DNA of 55,953 nucleotides from a bacterium (GTDB lineage Bacteria; Bacteroidota; Bacteroidia; Bacteroidales; FEN-979). The stretch spans positions 1-55,953 of the forward strand of contig JAZDGR010000120.1 in assembly GCA_043806735.1 (NCBI GenBank), read 5' to 3'. Of the stretch, positions 1 through 8,820 are shown in pieces. The position numbers and the translations under genes are program-made. Positions within the stretch are counted from its first letter, which is position 1; the number at the start of each line of letters is the position of its first letter. The notes beneath the pieces are model-generated. The model was not told the DNA's origin. It made no database searches and was given only the letters and a program-made list of their open reading frames with translations.

Positions 1-435
1 GTTTCCGGTGATGTTGCTCCCGGCCCGGGTACTCCCTTTTTGCGCCGGCTGGCACATTCATTCAGATTCCGTTGCGGTGTTTGTTCAGTCCTTCGTTCCC
101 TCTGTGAGTCCTCCCTAGCTCTTTTACGGCTCGTTTCCCGAAACTACTATGATCCCGAGGCCTCGGGACTGACTTCTCCCCTGTGCCACCTCGTGACTGG
201 AGAGATCTCCCCCGGTAAGACAAATTTCCTTCGGTCTATCACTGGTGAATCTACATGGTGAAGGGTTTATTTCTTGGGACTTCGTTGGGCTGTGGCAACT
301 CATCCTCTTCATCATGCCTCCTATTCACTTTCTGTTCGTCAGTACAGGCCTTTGCGGTGTGGCTTACTTCAGATTTGCAGTCGCCCGCAACACCCTTGCC
401 TCCTGCTAACGGTTCGGGGCGTTACTCCCGTCCGT
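1..435 (-). mobile_element. Group II intron (class C-like) 5'-region remnant, continuing beyond the window start
   Basis: Top strand reads like the reverse complement of group IIC domain I-III (gttcagtccttc...aactactatg...gatctccccggtaag...cttcagatt...cacccttgcc...gctaacggttc). Blocks are shared with the remnant at 1204-1560. No GTGYG 5' end is visible; the sequence runs into an attC-like arm at ~436. Confidence 0.75.
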
Positions 436-464
436 CGCATAGCGGCAGAGCGTTAGGGGGTATT
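436..464 (+). repeat. attC-like site right arm (R' core GTTAGGG)
   Basis: cgcatagcggcagagcGTTAGGGGGTATT. TTAGGGGGTATT (453-464) matches the reverse complement of AACACCCCCTAA (1193-1204) at 11/12 positions. Confidence 0.65.
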
Positions 465-491
465 AAATTTTAAAAAAAGAATTCGAAAAAC

Positions 492-522
492 TTGCATAGG
501 TGTAACTTATAAGTTACCTTTG
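492..522 (+). promoter_or_regulatory. Bacteroidota sigma70 promoter with overlapping palindromic operator of the TA operon
   Basis: TTG at 492-494 and -7 element TACCTTTG at 515-522. Perfect 16-bp palindrome GTAACTTATAAGTTAC at 502-517. Confidence 0.7.
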
Positions 523-538
523 CGCAAAGTAAACTGAT

Positions 539-892
539 TTGGAAAAGATTAGAACGATAGTTGCTTATAGACATTATTTCGAGGAATTTCTTTTAAATCA
601 ACCGGTAAAAGTACAAGACAAGATTTATAAGATCTTGGAAATTATCGAATATCAGCAGGTTATCCCTTCCAAATATCTTGAACATATAAAAGGGACAGAA
701 GGACTTTATGAAACAAAATATTCATTTGGGTCAAATATTTGGAGGGTCTTTTGTTTTTTTGATGAAGGTAGGCTTGTGATTCTGCTGAACGGTTTCCAAA
801 AGAAGTCACAAAAAACTCCAAAATCGGAAATATCAATTGCAATAAGATTAAAAACGGAATATTTCGAAGAAAAAAGAAAGGGAAAATTATGA
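539..892 (+). CDS. higB: Type II TA toxin, RelE/ParE/HigB (Gp49-like) family
   Basis: 117 aa with GLYE..Y.FGSNIWRVFCFF and LLNGFQKKSQKTPKSEI. Toxin-first order, 4-nt overlap with the HTH gene. Confidence 0.85.
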   Translation: MEKIRTIVAYRHYFEEFLLNQPVKVQDKIYKILEIIEYQQVIPSKYLEHIKGTEGLYETKYSFGSNIWRVFCFFDEGRLVILLNGFQKKSQKTPKSEISIAIRLKTEYFEEKRKGKL

Positions 893-1194
893 GAAAAGAA
901 CATTCAAATATAAAATCCTGGACACAAATCAAAGACGATGTCTATGGCAAAAAAGGCACACCACGGAGAGATCAGTTAGATCGAGAGTTTGAGGCATTTA
1001 AAATTGGAGTATTAATTCGCCAGGCCAGAGAATCAAAAAAGATGACTCAGGAGGAATTGGGGAAGGTGATATCAAAGAAAAGAAGTTATATATCCAGGGT
1101 TGAAAATGATGGAAGCAATATGAACTTAAAAACCTTGTATGACATCGTTGAAAAAGGTCTTGGAGGCAAGGTTAATATTGCAATTGAAATTTAA
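889..1194 (+). CDS. higA: XRE/HTH antitoxin (HigA-like)
   Basis: IRQARESKKMTQEELG...SYISRVEN Cro/XRE HTH, coupled to the toxin. Confidence 0.85.
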   Translation: MRKEHSNIKSWTQIKDDVYGKKGTPRRDQLDREFEAFKIGVLIRQARESKKMTQEELGKVISKKRSYISRVENDGSNMNLKTLYDIVEKGLGGKVNIAIEI

Positions 1195-1203
1195 CACCCC
1201 CTA

Positions 1204-1560
1204 ATCGAGTCGACGGCTCCGCCAGCCGAAGCTGACGGAGTGCGCCGCTCACACCACTGTACGTACGGGCCTCGTGTATAGCGGTTCATTAAGCATGGGT
1301 ACTACTGCTCTTTTCACCAGTTGTACCTTGCACCATTTAAAATAAGGCTGGTAAACTCGAGATTTAAACCTCCTTATTGAATTAGGAGCGACTTAATGTT
1401 CAGTCCTTCGCTACTTGTGTGAGACCTCCAACTATCTATGCCGGCTCGTTTCCTGTAACTACTTCCGCACATAAGGGACTTGAACCCTCTGGAAAAAAAA
1501 CACCCGTTGTTTTGCTCATAAAAATATTTGTATTTTTGACATTTTTATAGAGCTTACAAC
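1204..1560 (-). mobile_element. ORF-less, internally deleted group IIC intron remnant inserted in the attC R'' box
   Basis: Minus strand ends GAACCGCTATACACGAGGCCCGTACGTACAGTGGTGTGAGCGG (domain V), a domain VI hairpin, then ...ACTCGAT|TAGGGGG. 1398-1463 is homologous to 82-148. There is no room for an RT ORF. Confidence 0.8.
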
Positions 1561-1564
1561 GCGT

Positions 1565-2109
1565 CAGACTGTCTAAAAACCTCCCCTTTTCAACATCAAT
1601 TTTGTTTATAACTTATTGCTTCTTTTCTCTTTATTTCCGGGCGTTTTCACTATTTTTAATGTATGGATTACATACAAGGAAAACCCGGATCATAATACGA
1701 TCGCCAATTTCAGAAGAGACAACCCCAAGGCCATCAAACTGGTTTTTCGCAAAATGGTCACCCTGTACAAACGCCTTGACCTGATCGGAGGGAAAGTGAT
1801 AAGAAAATCGATAATCATCTGGCTTATATTGAGAACAAACTCCACGAATACCTCGATGCGCTGGAGATTGCAGATACGGCAGAAACAATGGGACTGGACC
1901 CGGAGATTGACAAAGAGAAGATCCGGGAAAAGATCGCACGCTGATGAAAGGCAAAAAGAAAGTAGATGGTGAAGTCGGTTTGATCTTTATCGCTTACCTC
2001 ATGAGAAGACTCATGTCCATTCCAAAAACTATATCATATCATTTTCCACTGAATATTTGTACATTTACTCCTTAATCTCAAAACGGCGAGGAAGTTATTA
2101 GACGGACTG
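1565..2109 (+). mobile_element. IS1182-family element, internally deleted (transposase pseudogene)
   Basis: TIRs CAGACTGTCTAAAAAC (1565-1580) and GTTATTAGACGGACTG (2094-2109), 13/16 match. 4-bp direct repeat GCGT at 1561-1564 and 2110-2113. Residual peptide PDHNTIANFRRDN...VF...LDLIGG. Confidence 0.8.
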
Positions 2110-2268
2110 GCGTTATGCGTCATTCTATAGCTGCCGTGAAATCATAAAACAAATTGACTAATTTAAAAATATGATAGAGTTAAATTGCGAAATTTACAGA
2201 TATTAACAAAAAGAAAAAAGAACCAAACGGGACCATCTCTGACCACGCTACTCATCAAATGGAAAACT

Positions 2269-4077
2269 TTACCCTGCTTTCTTGCTCCGTTTCCGGTCAT
2301 GTTCATCGAGGATAATCTTCCGGAGGCGGATGTTTTTGGGTGTCACCTCCACGTATTCATCACCCTGAATGTATTCCATCGCCTCCTCGAGGGAGAATTT
2401 GATGGCAGGAACAATCACCGCCTTGTCATCTGAACCGGAAGCACGGACGTTGGAGAGCTTCTTGGTTTTGGTCAGGTTGATCATGATATCTTCGCTTCGG
2501 GTGTTCTCGCCAACTACCTGACCTGCATAGACCGGATCGTTAGGCTGAACGAAAAATTTTCCACGGTCCTGTAATTTATCAAGGGCATAGGTGATCGCAG
2601 TTCCGTTTTCCATAGCGATGAGAGAACCATTGATGCGGCTGACCATATCTCCTTTCCAGGGCTCGTAGGCTTTAAACCGGTGAGCCATTATGGCTTCGCC
2701 CGTGGTGGCAGTGAGGATGGGATTCCGCAAGCCAATCAACCCGCGTGCCGGGATATCGAACTCCAGGATGATGCGATCTCGTTTGGTTTCGATGTTCAGG
2801 ATCTCGCCCCTCCTCCGGGTGACCAGCTCGATCACTTTCCCTGAAAAAGCCTCCGGAACCTGTATTTTCAATAGTTCAACCGGTTCATAGATCGTGCCGT
2901 TCATCACTTTGGTCAGCACGTTGGGTTGTCCCAGCTGAAATTCATATCCCTCCCTTCTCATGGTCTCTACCAAGATAGCCAGATGAAGGATTCCCCGTCC
3001 GAAGACCAGGAACTTCTCCGGGGTTTCAGTCTCTTCTACCCGGAGCGCCAGGTTCTTTTCCGTCTCTTTCAACAGCCTTTCGCGGATGTGTCGCGAGGTA
3101 AGAAATGTTCCTCCGTCTTTCCCTGCGAAAGGAGAGTTATTAATGGTAAAGAGCATGCTCATGGTAGGTTCGTCGACCGAGATGGGTTTCAACGCAACGG
3201 GGTTCTCCGAATCGGCAATGGTGTCGCCTATCTCGAAATTCTCGGGGCCCAATACCGCACAAATCTCGCCGGCCTCAACTTCCCATTTCACTTTCTCCTT
3301 CCCTAACCCTTCAAACAGGTACAACTCTTTGATCACCGATTTGGTGACAGATCCATCGTTTTTCACGAGGGCAACCTGCATGCCGGCTTTGACAGATCCG
3401 CGGGTAATCCGTCCTACCGCAATCCGTCCAACGTACGATGAATAATCCAGCGAGCTGATCTGTAGTTGCAGAGTGCCTGCTGTTTGAACCGGCTCGGGAA
3501 TGTGTTCCAGAATGGTGTCGAGCAGGTAATGGATGTCTTGGGTGGGTTTCCGCCAGTCGTCCGACATCCAGCCTTGCTTGGAGGAGCCGTAGACCGTAGG
3601 AAAATTCAACTGTTCCTCACTGGCATCAAGGCTGAACATCAACTCAAACATCGCCTCATGGACTTCATCGGGAGCGCAATTGGGCTTGTCTACCTTATTG
3701 ATCACGACGATAGGCTTTTTCCCCAGCTCGAGCGCTTTTTGTAATACAAACCGGGTTTGCGGCATCGGCCCTTCAAAGGCATCGACCAGGATCAGTACCC
3801 CGTCGGCCATATTCAGAACCCGTTCCACCTCCCCACCGAAATCAGAGTGACCGGGTGTATCAATGATGTTAATTTTTACTCCTTTATACCGGACCGAGAC
3901 ATTTTTTGACAGGATGGTAATGCCTCTTTCCCTTTCTAGATCATTCGAATCGAGGATCAGGTCACGGATCTCCTGGTTTTCCCTAAAGAGCTTTACCTGA
4001 TATAAAATGCGATCGACAAGAGTCGTTTTTCCATGGTCAACATGAGCAATGATGGCAACATTCCGAATATTTTGCAT
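2269..4077 (-). CDS. typA: Translational GTPase TypA/BipA
   Basis: AHVDHGKTT, ERERGITI, DTPGHSDFGGEVER, NKVD, and the BipA C-terminus EYVEVTPKNIRLRK. Confidence 0.98.
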   Translation of the reverse strand: MQNIRNVAIIAHVDHGKTTLVDRILYQVKLFRENQEIRDLILDSNDLERERGITILSKNVSVRYKGVKINIIDTPGHSDFGGEVERVLNMADGVLILVDAFEGPMPQTRFVLQKALELGKKPIVVINKVDKPNCAPDEVHEAMFELMFSLDASEEQLNFPTVYGSSKQGWMSDDWRKPTQDIHYLLDTILEHIPEPVQTAGTLQLQISSLDYSSYVGRIAVGRITRGSVKAGMQVALVKNDGSVTKSVIKELYLFEGLGKEKVKWEVEAGEICAVLGPENFEIGDTIADSENPVALKPISVDEPTMSMLFTINNSPFAGKDGGTFLTSRHIRERLLKETEKNLALRVEETETPEKFLVFGRGILHLAILVETMRREGYEFQLGQPNVLTKVMNGTIYEPVELLKIQVPEAFSGKVIELVTRRRGEILNIETKRDRIILEFDIPARGLIGLRNPILTATTGEAIMAHRFKAYEPWKGDMVSRINGSLIAMENGTAITYALDKLQDRGKFFVQPNDPVYAGQVVGENTRSEDIMINLTKTKKLSNVRASGSDDKAVIVPAIKFSLEEAMEYIQGDEYVEVTPKNIRLRKIILDEHDRKRSKKAG

Positions 4078-4202
4078 TTAAATTATCTGTATGTATTATG
4101 AAAAGAATTTGCAAAGGTACGGCAAAATCACCTGCGTTTTTCGAATGAACATATTCTTGTTCATTCCTGTTCATTTAACTAAGTTTGCGCAAAAATTCGC
4201 GC

Positions 4203-4858
4203 ATGCTGAAATACTTCCTCGCCCGCCTGATGGTGAAACGTACGAAAAACCGATATTTTCCTATCGAATACCTGGAACAGAAACACGTCGACCCTAACGA
4301 ACCCTACCCTAACGACAGCTCCTATTTTTATGGTGGCGACAAGCAGGGGAATGCCTTCATAACCCGGATGGCCTTTCGTTCCACCACACGGCCTCATGAA
4401 TACTGGCTCGATTTCTATATGAAAGGGCTTGGGTTTTTTGTCATCAAGGATGGAAAAGCCGCACAGCTGCTCGCTTGATATGCTCTTTACGGGCGATCAC
4501 TCTTTTGGTTCCCGGAACTGGTTCACCTGGGACCGCCATTACTGGATTACCGGGATTTCAGATATTGAAAGCGCCAATGCAGTCAAATCCCTGGAATTTT
4601 TTTCCGGGAGGAGATCCGTAAAACGTTGCGAAAACTGTCCATTCATAAACGGGTAATTTTCAAAATCCTTTTACCCACGGCCCGGAAAGCCGTCGCAGGG
4701 AACTGCTTCCGGAAACGGATAAGCTCCAGTTTCCCGAAGTGTGTTTCGGTATTCCGGCCGTAGTCGACGCCAAAGGAGCTAAATCCTTTCTACATAACGG
4801 CGATATTGTACTTCTTGACGGGAACCGGGGAATTATTGAGAAACTCCTGACTTCCTGA
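4203..4858 (+). pseudogene. Collapsed remnant of a PEP-synthase/dikinase-like multidomain gene
   Basis: Three fragments: an N-terminal ORF (…NDSSYFYGGD…), a DHSFGSRNW..WDRHYW piece, and the C-terminal GIPAVVDAKGAKSFLHNGDIVLLDGNRGIIE (4748-4858), typical of the PEP-utilising mobile domain tail. Confidence 0.6.
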
Positions 4859-4883
4859 CCTACTGACTTCCTGACCTTTTCAG

Positions 4884-5894
4884 TTATTCCTTCTTCTCAG
4901 GCTCATCAAACATTCCGGGCTTTTTCTTGCCGAAGTTGATCGTCCGGGAGAAGCGTACAGAGAGGGCAAAATCGTTGGTCAGTTGCTGGCCGTTCACATA
5001 CTTGTAAATCGGGTATTCAAATAAGAAACCCAGGCTCCAGAATTTAAAAAAAGTGTATCGCACCTGCGGAGTAAGAAAGACGTAGGTTCCTCCCGAAGCA
5101 TTGATCAATTCCTTTTCGGTGTCAGAAGCCCGGGCCCTGATCATCGTCCGCACCTGCAAAGCTCCTGTAAAATGGTTTAGGAATGTATAGGACCCATAGA
5201 GGGAGACATTGTAAAGGTTCCCGTATTTGAAGTTGGTCCTGTCGGTGTTTATCCGCTGGGAGAATTCCACGTTACTGCTCAGGAACACCGCCATCTTCCC
5301 CGAAAAAAATCGCTTTGACAGCAACAGTCCGATATTGTATTTGAAGCTTCCGGAAGAGGGCTGAATGTCAATCGGAAGTACAACCGGACCATTCATCTGA
5401 TCGAATTTTCCGACCGGGATCGTAAAATCAAAGAAAGGAAAAACATCCAATTCAAGATGGACGTTTCGGTAAACATCGTATTGAGCTCCGATAATAAGAT
5501 CACCGAGTCCGTATGCCCTCCGGTCAAAACCGAAGTCGAATGACTGGGCTTTATCGAAAAAATAACCGATCTCGGCACGGACTTTCAGCCGGTTGGTGAA
5601 TCCGTAAGAAAGCCGGATGGAAGTGAAGTTAAAATAGGAGTAATCAACGTATTTATAATCGGTTCGCTGATGCCCTTGATAATAGACACTGGAATAACTA
5701 TACTGGTAAAGGAGGGAGGCTTCAAACATATGTTTTCCCGTACCTCCCGGCGAACCATCGGAAGAAATCGGATTCCCTGCGGCACAACATTGTGCCTGTG
5801 CCGTTTTGTCCAGGGAAAGAAAAAAAAGGAACAATAAAAAAAAGAAACAGGATTTTACCGGCATAGAGTTTTTACGGGATATAGATGGTAACAA
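4884..5894 (-). CDS. Outer-membrane beta-barrel/transporter-like protein (MetA-pathway-like) with N-terminal CC motif
   Basis: Signal peptide, mature N-terminus QCCAAGNP, GLGD and P.G...QPSSGS motifs, alternating aromatic beta-strands. Confidence 0.6.
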   Translation of the reverse strand: MLPSISRKNSMPVKSCFFFLLFLFFLSLDKTAQAQCCAAGNPISSDGSPGGTGKHMFEASLLYQYSYSSVYYQGHQRTDYKYVDYSYFNFTSIRLSYGFTNRLKVRAEIGYFFDKAQSFDFGFDRRAYGLGDLIIGAQYDVYRNVHLELDVFPFFDFTIPVGKFDQMNGPVVLPIDIQPSSGSFKYNIGLLLSKRFFSGKMAVFLSSNVEFSQRINTDRTNFKYGNLYNVSLYGSYTFLNHFTGALQVRTMIRARASDTEKELINASGGTYVFLTPQVRYTFFKFWSLGFLFEYPIYKYVNGQQLTNDFALSVRFSRTINFGKKKPGMFDEPEKKE

Positions 5895-6243
5895 TCACTG
5901 TATCCATGATGCTCCCTTTATCATTCGAGATAGTGCACTTAATGTACTTCTGGCCGAGGCAGCATTCAGCCCCCGTAAACCGGACCACGGACCCGTCTTC
6001 AGTCAAGGGAAAGATATCTCCCAGGTCAACCTCCCAAACGTACTGGATATTCCCTCCTTGCGCCATACAGGTGAGAATAGCAGGTTCAGTCCCTCCTACT
6101 TTGATGCTGTCTTTATCAGCGGTTAAGCTGATAAATTCCGGGAACGTTGTGTTTTCATTGGGATTTGGGGTTCCTGATTTTTTACATGCCAGGATACCGG
6201 CTAGGACGATCGTAACGACTAAAAGAAAAATTCTCGTTTTCAT
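5872..6243 (-). CDS. Lipoprotein with Ig/PKD-like domain
   Basis: Lipobox ILAC-KK, beta-rich sequence, AECC motif. Confidence 0.7.
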   Translation of the reverse strand: MKTRIFLLVVTIVLAGILACKKSGTPNPNENTTFPEFISLTADKDSIKVGGTEPAILTCMAQGGNIQYVWEVDLGDIFPLTEDGSVVRFTGAECCLGQKYIKCTISNDKGSIMDTVIVTIYIP

Positions 6244-6275
6244 AGGGGTCTGTTTTATGACTTATGGCTTATTGC

Positions 6276-6950
6276 TTAAATAATAAAGATTTGATGCTTG
6301 GAAATCACCATGTTCCCGTTTCGGGTCATGACAATATACTGCCCTTTAGATAATGCGGTAAGATCAATCGTTGCATCTACATCCACATTTCGTGTGTCTG
6401 ACCAAACCAAATCTCCGGTCATGGAATAAACTGATATGCTTACCGGTACCAGTTTATTATCAAGAGGTTTCCGTAAGTGAATCAAGCCATTCCCTGCTGT
6501 CGGATAAACAGTGAATGAGGTTGTATGCCTGTCTTCCTGAACCCCCAGGGGATAGACCCAGATTCCCATCAGACTCAGGTACCCGATCTGCACATTCGTA
6601 TAATCAATGGTGCGGGGATATTCGCAACAGGAACCGATCAAAAGGGCATACATGCTGTCGGGCGCCCGGAACCACTCCGTATCATGTCCGGTATCGGCAA
6701 TCGCGTGCATGACCTGAAAGGCATCGGTCACCCCGTTGTCATAAGTCACCGTGGTCACTTTAGAAACGTAATCCCACTCGGAAGATATGACACCTTCAAC
6801 CTGGTTCACTTTGGTTTCGATTCGTGTTTTACAGATGTAGCAGTTGCCCAGAGTAGTAAAAGTGATTGTATAAGGTTCGCCGGAAAGAACAGTCTGACTG
6901 GCTGCCATAATTGCGACCAACATAACAGGAAAGAGGAATCTTGGCTTCAT
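6276..6950 (-). CDS. Heavy-metal-associated (HMA) domain protein with T9SS C-terminal sorting domain
   Basis: Signal peptide, GNCYICKTRIE (CxxC), later SCCEY, and CTD (VYPT...ISVYSMTG...IDLTALSKGQYIV). Confidence 0.8.
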   Translation of the reverse strand: MKPRFLFPVMLVAIMAASQTVLSGEPYTITFTTLGNCYICKTRIETKVNQVEGVISSEWDYVSKVTTVTYDNGVTDAFQVMHAIADTGHDTEWFRAPDSMYALLIGSCCEYPRTIDYTNVQIGYLSLMGIWVYPLGVQEDRHTTSFTVYPTAGNGLIHLRKPLDNKLVPVSISVYSMTGDLVWSDTRNVDVDATIDLTALSKGQYIVMTRNGNMVISKHQIFII

Positions 6951-7101
6951 AAAATTAGGTGTAAGGTTTTGAGGCTACAAAGTTATTTTTTTACATATCT
7001 TGTTTTCTAGATAAAAAAAAATAAATTACGTGGATGGAGGGATCTTTATCGGGAAAATAACGATAAATATCGGAGTGATGGATCCGTTTTCTCGGGAAGA
7101 A

Positions 7102-7803
7102 TTATGCGAATGTGCTCAGCCTTTCTAGTCTGTCCTGGTCTCTGAGAGTAATGAACTTGTTTTCCACCTCGATTAATTTGTCTTCCTTAAGCTCCTTCAA
7201 TGTCCGTATTACACTATCTTTCGACATACCGGTGAAATCGGCCAGATCCTGCCGGGAGATTTCAATCCTGAAATTCCTCTCATTGTAGATCTCATGATGA
7301 AGATAGAGCAGCGCATCTGCTATCCTTCCATGCATATTTTTATATGTCAGACTGATAAAACGGTCGTAGTTAAACACGCCATTTTTGCTGAGCTCTTTCA
7401 TGAAGGCTTCCGCAAAATCGGGATTCTCCCGGATGATCTTTTTAAACACATGGATGTCGATAAAACAAACCGATGAATCCTCTACCGCTACCACGGAAAA
7501 ATAGTGCATGTTGTCCAGGTAAATGCCGGGTCCTCCAAGAAACTGGGTTGGTTTCAGAAACTGAAGAATTAATCTCCGGTTACCGGTTCCCTGGATAAAG
7601 ACTTTTGCGATCCCCGAGGTAAAACTAAGGACATAAGACATCGGGGCGCCTTCCTTCACTATAATCTCTCCCGATTTAAAAATTACCCGACGCCTGGAGG
7701 CATTTACCAGCTCAAGTTCTTCCTGGCGGAGAAACCCGAAGAGCGGGGACTTCATGGAACAGGTGCTGCAATGAAGTTCTTCCTGATCGAAGTGTTTATA
7801 CAC
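7102..7803 (-). CDS. Crp/Fnr family transcriptional regulator
   Basis: N-terminal CSTC, cNMP-like domain, HTH SRQDLADFTGMSKDSVIRTL. Start placed at GTG 7803 because the longer ORF overlaps the divergent gene. Confidence 0.9.
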   Translation of the reverse strand: MYKHFDQEELHCSTCSMKSPLFGFLRQEELELVNASRRRVIFKSGEIIVKEGAPMSYVLSFTSGIAKVFIQGTGNRRLILQFLKPTQFLGGPGIYLDNMHYFSVVAVEDSSVCFIDIHVFKKIIRENPDFAEAFMKELSKNGVFNYDRFISLTYKNMHGRIADALLYLHHEIYNERNFRIEISRQDLADFTGMSKDSVIRTLKELKEDKLIEVENKFITLRDQDRLERLSTFA

Positions 7804-7891
7804 AATCGTTTGTTTACCAATGGCAAAGATAGGAAATGATTTTAGTAAGTTTTTTTTATCTTCGTAGGTAATTACCTTAAAACCAAATGCC

Positions 7892-8788
7892 ATGAAAACA
7901 TGTATTTGTTCTTTATTGCTAATGCTGATGGTCACCGGAGTGATCCCGGCATCTGCGCAACCGTGCACCAACCCGGCAAACATTTATTCTTTTACCTATA
8001 ACGGGAAGACCTACGAAGTGGTGAAAGAGATGAAAAACTGGGTGAATGCAGCTGCCTGTGCGGTCGAGCGGGGCGGCTACCTGATTGAAATCGGTGATCA
8101 GGGAGAACAAGCTGCCGTTTACGATGCGATTATCAACGGCGCCGGAGTATCTCCCAACTATACCGTTGTGCCTGACGGCGGGGGTATTGCCTATGTGTGG
8201 ATCGGCGCCACAGACAAAGAAATTGAGGGAACCTGGCTCTGGGACGGTGATAACAGTGGGACTGGTGTAAATTTCTGGAACGGACAGGGGGTTGCGGGTG
8301 GCGGCGGAGGCAGTGCAGTGGGAGGAGCCTATATTAACTGGGGAGGAATGTCAACCGGCGTTCCCAATGAACCGGATAACTTTGGTTCGGGACAGGATGC
8401 CGCTGCCATCGCATTAGCCGGATGGCCTTCCGGAACTACATTGCTTGGGATTGCAGGGGAGTGGAACGACATCAGTCTGAGCAATGCAATCTATTTTGTG
8501 ATTGAGATCGACAATACGGGGATGAATGAACAGGATCAGACACCGGTCCGTATCTATCCGAATCCGGCGAACGGTCAATTTACTGTGCAAACAAATGGAT
8601 CTAATCAACTGATCAGAGAAATCCGGATGTTCAATAGACTGGGGGTAACCGTTCTTGAAACGTCAGATATCGAGGCGACGAAAGTGATATTGAAAACAAA
8701 TTCTCTTCCATCCGGTTGTTATATGGTTTCGGTTTTGACAGGAACAAACCAGGTGACCATCCTTAAGGTCTCGCTCACCATGGAATGA
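7892..8788 (+). CDS. C-type lectin domain protein with T9SS CTD
   Basis: W..A...[15 protein letters not shown]...EGTWLW, EPDN, WND motifs, followed by an IYPNP CTD. Confidence 0.85.
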   Translation: MKTCICSLLLMLMVTGVIPASAQPCTNPANIYSFTYNGKTYEVVKEMKNWVNAAACAVERGGYLIEIGDQGEQAAVYDAIINGAGVSPNYTVVPDGGGIAYVWIGATDKEIEGTWLWDGDNSGTGVNFWNGQGVAGGGGGSAVGGAYINWGGMSTGVPNEPDNFGSGQDAAAIALAGWPSGTTLLGIAGEWNDISLSNAIYFVIEIDNTGMNEQDQTPVRIYPNPANGQFTVQTNGSNQLIREIRMFNRLGVTVLETSDIEATKVILKTNSLPSGCYMVSVLTGTNQVTILKVSLTME

Positions 8789-8820
8789 ACACAACAAGAA
8801 AAAATTTAAAACCTATCCAC

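Noticed and set aside
40-473. Small ORFs at the window start
   Set aside because: They fall in intron-like structured RNA and have no protein motifs.
7804-7983. Extended N-terminus of the Crp/Fnr ORF
   Set aside because: It overlaps the divergent lectin gene and the shared promoter region.
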